A stretch of DNA of 64,000 nucleotides from an uncultured Candidatus Binatia bacterium (lineage in GTDB: Bacteria; Desulfobacterota; Binatia; UBA9968; JAJDTQ01). Below are positions 59,192 through 64,000 of this stretch, one piece after another. The notes below the pieces were generated by a model, which saw only the letters and a list, made by a program, of their open reading frames with translations, had not been told where the DNA came from and did no database searches. Positions within the stretch are counted from its first letter, which is position 1. Each line of letters begins with the position of its first letter. The stretch is taken from the NCBI GenBank assembly GCA_964291295.2, contig OZ219754.1, positions 2,944,001-3,008,000 on the forward strand, in the 5' to 3' direction. The position numbers and the translations under genes are program-made.

Positions 59192-59217
59192 CGCCGCTCC
59201 CCGGAGAGGGAGCGGCG
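59192..59217. terminator. GC-rich hairpin between convergent genes
   Basis: CGCCGCTCCC-N6-GGGAGCGGCG. Confidence 0.55.
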
Positions 59218-59218
59218 C

Positions 59219-60652
59219 TTACGGCTCCTCTCCATCCCTTGCCCGGGACTGCCAGGCCGCGGTCAGTTCCCCCTTCAGCACCTTCCCGGTGGCGCCCTTG
59301 GGCAGCTGCGCCAGGAAGCGGATGTGCCGCGGGTACTTGAACCGGGCGAGCCGCTCCCTGCAATGGGCCGCCATGACCTCCGGGCCAGCCCTCGCCCCCG
59401 GCTTCAGGACCACGAAGGCGGCCACCTCCTCGCCGAGATCGGCATGGGGTACGCCCACCACCGCTGCCTCGGCGACAGCCGGGTGTGCCGCCAGCACCGC
59501 CTCCACCTCCTGAGGGAAGACCGAGTAACCGCCCCGGAGGATACGCTCCCGCAAGCGGCCGGTGATCTCCACGAATCCGCGGCCGGAGATGCGGGCCAGG
59601 TCGCCAGTGCGGAACCAGCCGTCCTTCAACACTGGTGCGGGGTCGTTCCAGTAGCCCTGGAGCGCTGCCGGCGTCCTGATCCACAGCTCCCCCGAACCCG
59701 CCTCCACCCCCGACGCTCCGGCCCCTTCGCCCACAACTCGCGCCTCGACGCCCGGAACCGCCCGTCCGATGAACCGCGGATGGTCGGCCTCTTCCCGGGC
59801 CAGGTACGAGATGGGCCGAAAGAGTTCGGTCATGCCGTATCCCCGGAGAATGCGATGGCCGGCGCGCAGGCGCCATTCCGCCGCCAGTTCCCACGGACAC
59901 GGCGCGGCTCCCGACACCGAGAGGCGGAGCGGCGAAAGGTCCGCGGCGGCAAAGGCCGGCGACGCCAGCAGGCGCTGGAACATGGTGGCGACGCCGAGGA
60001 ACAGGCTGACGCGGTGTTGCCGCACGGCGTCGAGGACCGCCTCCGGCGTGAATCCGTCAAGCAGCACCACCGTGGCGCCCCGCAGCAGGGGCGCCAGCAG
60101 CGAGCCGTGCATGCCGAAGGAATGCGGCAGGGGCAGCGCCGACAGGACCACATCGGCGGAGGCCAGCGCCATCATGTCGGCCCAGGAGCCGTCCGCGAAG
60201 GTCAGCGCGGCATGCGTGAACACGGCGCCCTTGGGCTTGCCGGTGCTGCCGGAACTGTAGCCGACCAGAGCCGGCGCCGCACACGCCGCGGGCGCGTTCC
60301 AGCCACCCGCCCGGGTCTCCACACGCCGGAGAGTGGCGGCCGGATCGACGTCGGCGAGGATGGCTTCCTGCTCTTCGGGCTTGAGCAGCGGGCTCAACGG
60401 CACGGCCACCGCGCCGAGCTTCCAGATGCCCAGCAACGCCACCGCGAAGGTCCAGTGGTTGGGCAGCACCACCGCGACCCGATCGCCGGGCCCGACGCCG
60501 TCGGCGGCCAACCGCCGGGCGAGTCCCGCGGCCCGGGCATGAAGCTCGCCGTAGCTGAGAGTGGCGTCTTCGCAGATCAGCGCCGGCTTGGCGGGGTGCC
60601 GGCCCGCGGTCTCCTCCAGCAGGCGGACGAAGTTCGTCGCGGGTGATCTCAA
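59219..60652 (-). CDS. AMP-binding acyl/aryl-CoA ligase
   Basis: YSSGSTGKPKG, GYGMTE, WFRTGD, ATGK. Confidence 0.92.
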   Translation of the reverse strand: MRSPATNFVRLLEETAGRHPAKPALICEDATLSYGELHARAAGLARRLAADGVGPGDRVAVVLPNHWTFAVALLGIWKLGAVAVPLSPLLKPEEQEAILADVDPAATLRRVETRAGGWNAPAACAAPALVGYSSGSTGKPKGAVFTHAALTFADGSWADMMALASADVVLSALPLPHSFGMHGSLLAPLLRGATVVLLDGFTPEAVLDAVRQHRVSLFLGVATMFQRLLASPAFAAADLSPLRLSVSGAAPCPWELAAEWRLRAGHRILRGYGMTELFRPISYLAREEADHPRFIGRAVPGVEARVVGEGAGASGVEAGSGELWIRTPAALQGYWNDPAPVLKDGWFRTGDLARISGRGFVEITGRLRERILRGGYSVFPQEVEAVLAAHPAVAEAAVVGVPHADLGEEVAAFVVLKPGARAGPEVMAAHCRERLARFKYPRHIRFLAQLPKGATGKVLKGELTAAWQSRARDGEEP

Positions 60653-62002
60653 TCAGAGCCCCAGCGCATCAAGGTCGATGCGTTCCATGACGTCCCGGGG
60701 AATGCGGTTGCGCGGCGTGTACTCGGCGAGAGAAGGCTTGGCGGTGGCGTCGACCCCCCACTTGGCGGTGTGGCCGTCGGAGTCCGTGGAGGGATCCAGG
60801 TCCGAGCCCCGGGTGTTGGAGATCACCGTGATGTCGCGGTCGGCCTGACAGCGGGTGCCCAGCGCCCACGCCACTTCCCGGTCATCAAAAATGTCGACGT
60901 CGTGGTCCACCACCACGACGCGCTTGATGTACATGTCGGCGCCCAGTACCGCCAGGATCGCGTTCTTGGCCTGCCCCGGAACCCGCTGGCGGATGGCCAC
61001 GTAGCAGCTGTAGGGCGCCGGCACCCGCACCGCCGTCACCGAAGGGACCATGGCGCGCACGGCGCGGTAGAGGTTGGATTCCATGGGAATGGTGGACAGC
61101 AGCAGGTGGTCCACCTGGGCCACGGCGATGTCGTGGAACAGCGCACCCCGCCGCATGGTCACGGCGTGGTAACGCACCACCTCCCGTTGCCGCTCGCCCA
61201 GGCTGTAGCCGGTGAACTCGCTGAACGGCCCTTCCGGCGTCCTTTCGCCGGGCAGGATCTCGCCTTCCAGGATGATCTCGGCGTGGGCCGGCACCAGCAG
61301 GTCGGAGCTTTCGCATCGTACCAGCTCCAGGGGTTCCCCCAGGATACCGCCCATGATCGCGCGCTCGTCCTCGTCGATGGAGCCAATGGCCAGGGCGCCC
61401 AGGCCCAGGGCGGGATGGACCCCCACGGCAAAGGCCACCGGCAGTGCCTCGCCCCGGGCCTCCGCCTTCTGGTAGAATTCCCAAAGGTGTTTCGACGCGG
61501 TGATGTGGATGGAGGTGCGGTCCCGGCCCATGATCATCAGGCGGTTGTAAGCGCAGTTCCAGGTGCCCTCCTCCGGATCCTGCGCGAACGAGATGGCCGC
61601 GGTGATGTACGGACCGGCGTCCGCGCCGTGATGCACGATCTGCGGCAACGCCAGGAGATCCACATCGCTGCCGGCCCAGGACAGCTCCTTCACCGGTCCG
61701 CTGTCCACCACCACCGGCGGCACTGGATGCTCCATGGCCTTGAGGAACGCCTGCCGGACCCCGTGCGGCTCCGCCTTCATGGCCAGCGCCAGGCGGTGCC
61801 GGCTGGCGTGGAGGTTGGTCACCACCGGCAGCGCGCTGCCCTTGACGTTCTCCAACAGCAGAGCCGGGCGCCGGCGGCGCTCCCGCGCCAGCTTGGCCAC
61901 CAGCGCGGTGATCTCGTGGAGCGGGTCCACGGGACCGGCGATCCTCACCAGCTCGTCCTTCGCTTCCACCAGATCGAGATAGCTCCTGAGGTCCTGCGCC
62001 AT
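60653..62002 (-). CDS. UbiD-family decarboxylase #3
   Basis: DAGPYIT, NCAYNR, EGPFSEFTGY, VVVDHDVDIFD...WALGTR. Confidence 0.92.
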   Translation of the reverse strand: MAQDLRSYLDLVEAKDELVRIAGPVDPLHEITALVAKLARERRRRPALLLENVKGSALPVVTNLHASRHRLALAMKAEPHGVRQAFLKAMEHPVPPVVVDSGPVKELSWAGSDVDLLALPQIVHHGADAGPYITAAISFAQDPEEGTWNCAYNRLMIMGRDRTSIHITASKHLWEFYQKAEARGEALPVAFAVGVHPALGLGALAIGSIDEDERAIMGGILGEPLELVRCESSDLLVPAHAEIILEGEILPGERTPEGPFSEFTGYSLGERQREVVRYHAVTMRRGALFHDIAVAQVDHLLLSTIPMESNLYRAVRAMVPSVTAVRVPAPYSCYVAIRQRVPGQAKNAILAVLGADMYIKRVVVVDHDVDIFDDREVAWALGTRCQADRDITVISNTRGSDLDPSTDSDGHTAKWGVDATAKPSLAEYTPRNRIPRDVMERIDLDALGL

Positions 62003-62195
62003 GAGTCACCCATCCATCGGAGAGATTTTGGCACGCAGTGCCGCCCGTCGGGTGCGCCAAGGCCACACGTTAATCGAAAATCCGGCGGATTTTAAGATCC
62101 CGTGGAATCCGCTGCACTGGCGACGCGCGTACGCGGCGGCTTGACACCGGATCGCCTTTCCGGCGAAGAATCGGAGACCGACACGAGGAGGACGC

Positions 62196-62780
62196 ATGAC
62201 CACCACGGACCGGACCACCACGGACGAAACCGGCAACCCGGGCTGCTGCGCCATCGACTACAGTCACCACAAGGCTGTCTTCGAGCGCCGCCAGAAGGCA
62301 TATCGGGAGGACCCATCCAGGGCGGTGGCGGTACACGAGGCCAAGGTACGCTTGGTCAACGACCACCTGAAGGAGGCCACAACCTCCGAGGGCCACACCC
62401 TGCTCTGCGACGAGCCGGCGTCCCGTGGGGGCACCGGCAGGGGCGCGGCCCCGCTCCAGTATTTTGTCGCCTCGGTAGGATTCTGAATGCTCAGCCAGGT
62501 GACGCAGTTGGCGTCATTCATGGACATCCGCATCGAACGCGCGGAGATGTCGGTGCGGGGAGAATTCGACCAGCGGGGGAAATTCGGGTTGTCGGACGTG
62601 CCCTCGGCGTGCACGCGCCTGACCTATCGGCTGGACCTGCAGAGTCCGGACGACCCGGATCGCATCGCCGCGTTCGCCGAGGCCCTGGAACGCTCCTGCT
62701 ACACCACCAACACCTTGCGCCGCCCGGTGGAGGTGGTGCCGGAACTCACCCTGAACGGTGTCGATGTGCCGCTGGGCTGA
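62196..62780 (+). CDS. OsmC/Ohr-family selenoprotein (TGA at 62484-62486); split into two ORFs in the track
   Basis: DEP...GGTGRG..PLQYFVASVGF-TGA-MLSQ...ERSCYTTNTL; both halves in one frame; SECIS-like hairpin. Confidence 0.87.
62495..62523 (+). promoter_or_regulatory. Bacterial SECIS-like hairpin
   Basis: GUGACGC-AGUUG-GCGUCAU with loop 19 nt after UGA; lower CCA/UGG pairing. Confidence 0.7.
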
Positions 62781-62879
62781 TGCCCCGCCGCACGACTCGC
62801 GCTGTCGAATCGGCCGGGCGGCATGCACGCACGCCGCGGTTTGCGGCCGCACCCTCTTCCGCCCGCGGGAACGGCCCCC

Positions 62880-63704
62880 CTACGACCCCGCACCGGTCCA
62901 GCCCCGCTCCAGCACCCACCGCGCCACCTCCTCGTGACGCGCGAACCACACCCGGGAGAACCCCTTCATGTAACGCAGGATCTCCGTCAGCATCGCCGCC
63001 ATCATGGGGCGGCCGCCGAAGTGGGCGTGGACGGTGAGATTGATCATCTCCGGGGCATCCGACCGGTAGAGGAAGTCGAAGGTGTCCTTGTACACGTTCA
63101 GGAAGTCGCGCGGGCTGCCCCGCAGCACCCGGTTGTCGGCGAAGTCGCTGTGGGGGATGGCGACGATGTCACCCGCCCCGGCCGCCAACCGACAGGGAAG
63201 ATCGGTGTCGTTGTAGTCCCCGTGCCACAGGCAGCCCGCCTCCGCCAGATACCCCGCGGTATGCTCGGTGGCTGTCGCCCTGGGACTGAGCCAACCCGCC
63301 GGACGCACTCCCGACACGCCCTCGAGAAGGTCGAGGCAACGGCCGATGACGGCCTTCTCCTCCTGGGCGGAAAGGTCGGCAAGAAAGGTATCCTGCGTGT
63401 ATGAGTGGCCGGCCAGCTCGTGCCCGTCGTCGTGCAGGGCCTTCACCGCCTCCGGAAACATCTCCACCGAGCGGCCGCTGATGCACACCGTGGCTGGCAG
63501 TTCGAACTCCCGGAAGATCTTCATGAACCGCCAGATTCCGGTACGACCGCCGTATTCCGACCACGAAACCCCCAGACGGTCCACCACACCGGGCTTCAGC
63601 GGCGACGACATGGGCGAATACGACGGTGCGTTTCCCACGGACCAGGTCTCGAACATCGGGGTCACCAGCACCGCCACCTTGGCGTCGTTGGGCCATTTAT
63701 CCAT
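62880..63704 (-). CDS. Polysaccharide deacetylase family (PuuE-like)
   Basis: EYGGRTGIWR, GHELAGHSY, GWLSP, D.ND.DLP, HAHFGGRP, VWFA. Confidence 0.88.
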   Translation of the reverse strand: MDKWPNDAKVAVLVTPMFETWSVGNAPSYSPMSSPLKPGVVDRLGVSWSEYGGRTGIWRFMKIFREFELPATVCISGRSVEMFPEAVKALHDDGHELAGHSYTQDTFLADLSAQEEKAVIGRCLDLLEGVSGVRPAGWLSPRATATEHTAGYLAEAGCLWHGDYNDTDLPCRLAAGAGDIVAIPHSDFADNRVLRGSPRDFLNVYKDTFDFLYRSDAPEMINLTVHAHFGGRPMMAAMLTEILRYMKGFSRVWFARHEEVARWVLERGWTGAGS

Positions 63705-64000
63705 GGTTGACTTTTCCTTCCCTTGATTCATGCCCGCGGCGAACCGGCGGCGTGTCCCTCTTTCCACCGTCCCATGAACCGCGCTGCCAGCGGCCTCGTC
63801 CGGTGCTTGAAGAACAGAGTGCCGCCGTGTCCAACCGACGGGCCTGGAAATCCACCCATCCGGCAGGTCGGCCGGGTGGAACCGGCCCGTCCAGGGCTTG
63901 TACGCCCACGCCCGCGACACTCATCAAGGGGACACTCCTCAAGGGAGGTCGTTCCAGAGATGGGGATACCTGAGACCGGATCCGGTGATCACCAGCACCA

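Noticed and set aside
62029-62045. TTGGCACG as a sigma54 promoter
   Set aside because: The -12 TTGC element is not at the required spacing
63960-64000. Possible gene start (SD AGGGAGG, ATG) at the window edge
   Set aside because: Only ~13 codons visible; cannot be assigned

Overview
High-GC bacterial chromosome segment. The gene content (many UbiD, LLM/F420, TctABC and amidohydrolase paralogues) suggests a Deltaproteobacteria-like/Binatia-type aromatic degrader, which is an inference. It contains housekeeping genes (mutL-miaA, yicC-gmk-relA/spoT, rpmB, uppP) interleaved with catabolic genes. An eroding defence island spans ~30.1-45.7 kb: TM0106-type nuclease-helicase, an unannotated 49-aa basic protein, a CapW-like WYL regulator, AAA-ATPase/PD-(D/E)xK genes, higBA, GmrSD-like DUF262-DUF1524, Mrr and S8 protease pseudogenes, and IS relics. 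Main observations missed by the ORF track: (1) two probable selenoproteins, a UPPC glutaredoxin and an OsmC-like protein, each with an in-frame TGA at the catalytic Cys position followed by a SECIS-like hairpin; (2) a CapW-like regulator divergent from a small basic protein plus RecB-nuclease/SF1-helicase, with palindromes between them, a candidate undescribed defence module; (3) a higB toxin whose stop codon appears mutated to CAG; (4) a UbiD, Zn-ribbon microprotein and Pof1-like nucleotidyltransferase operon. No tRNA, rRNA or CRISPR array was seen. All family calls come from motif recognition by eye, not from database searches.
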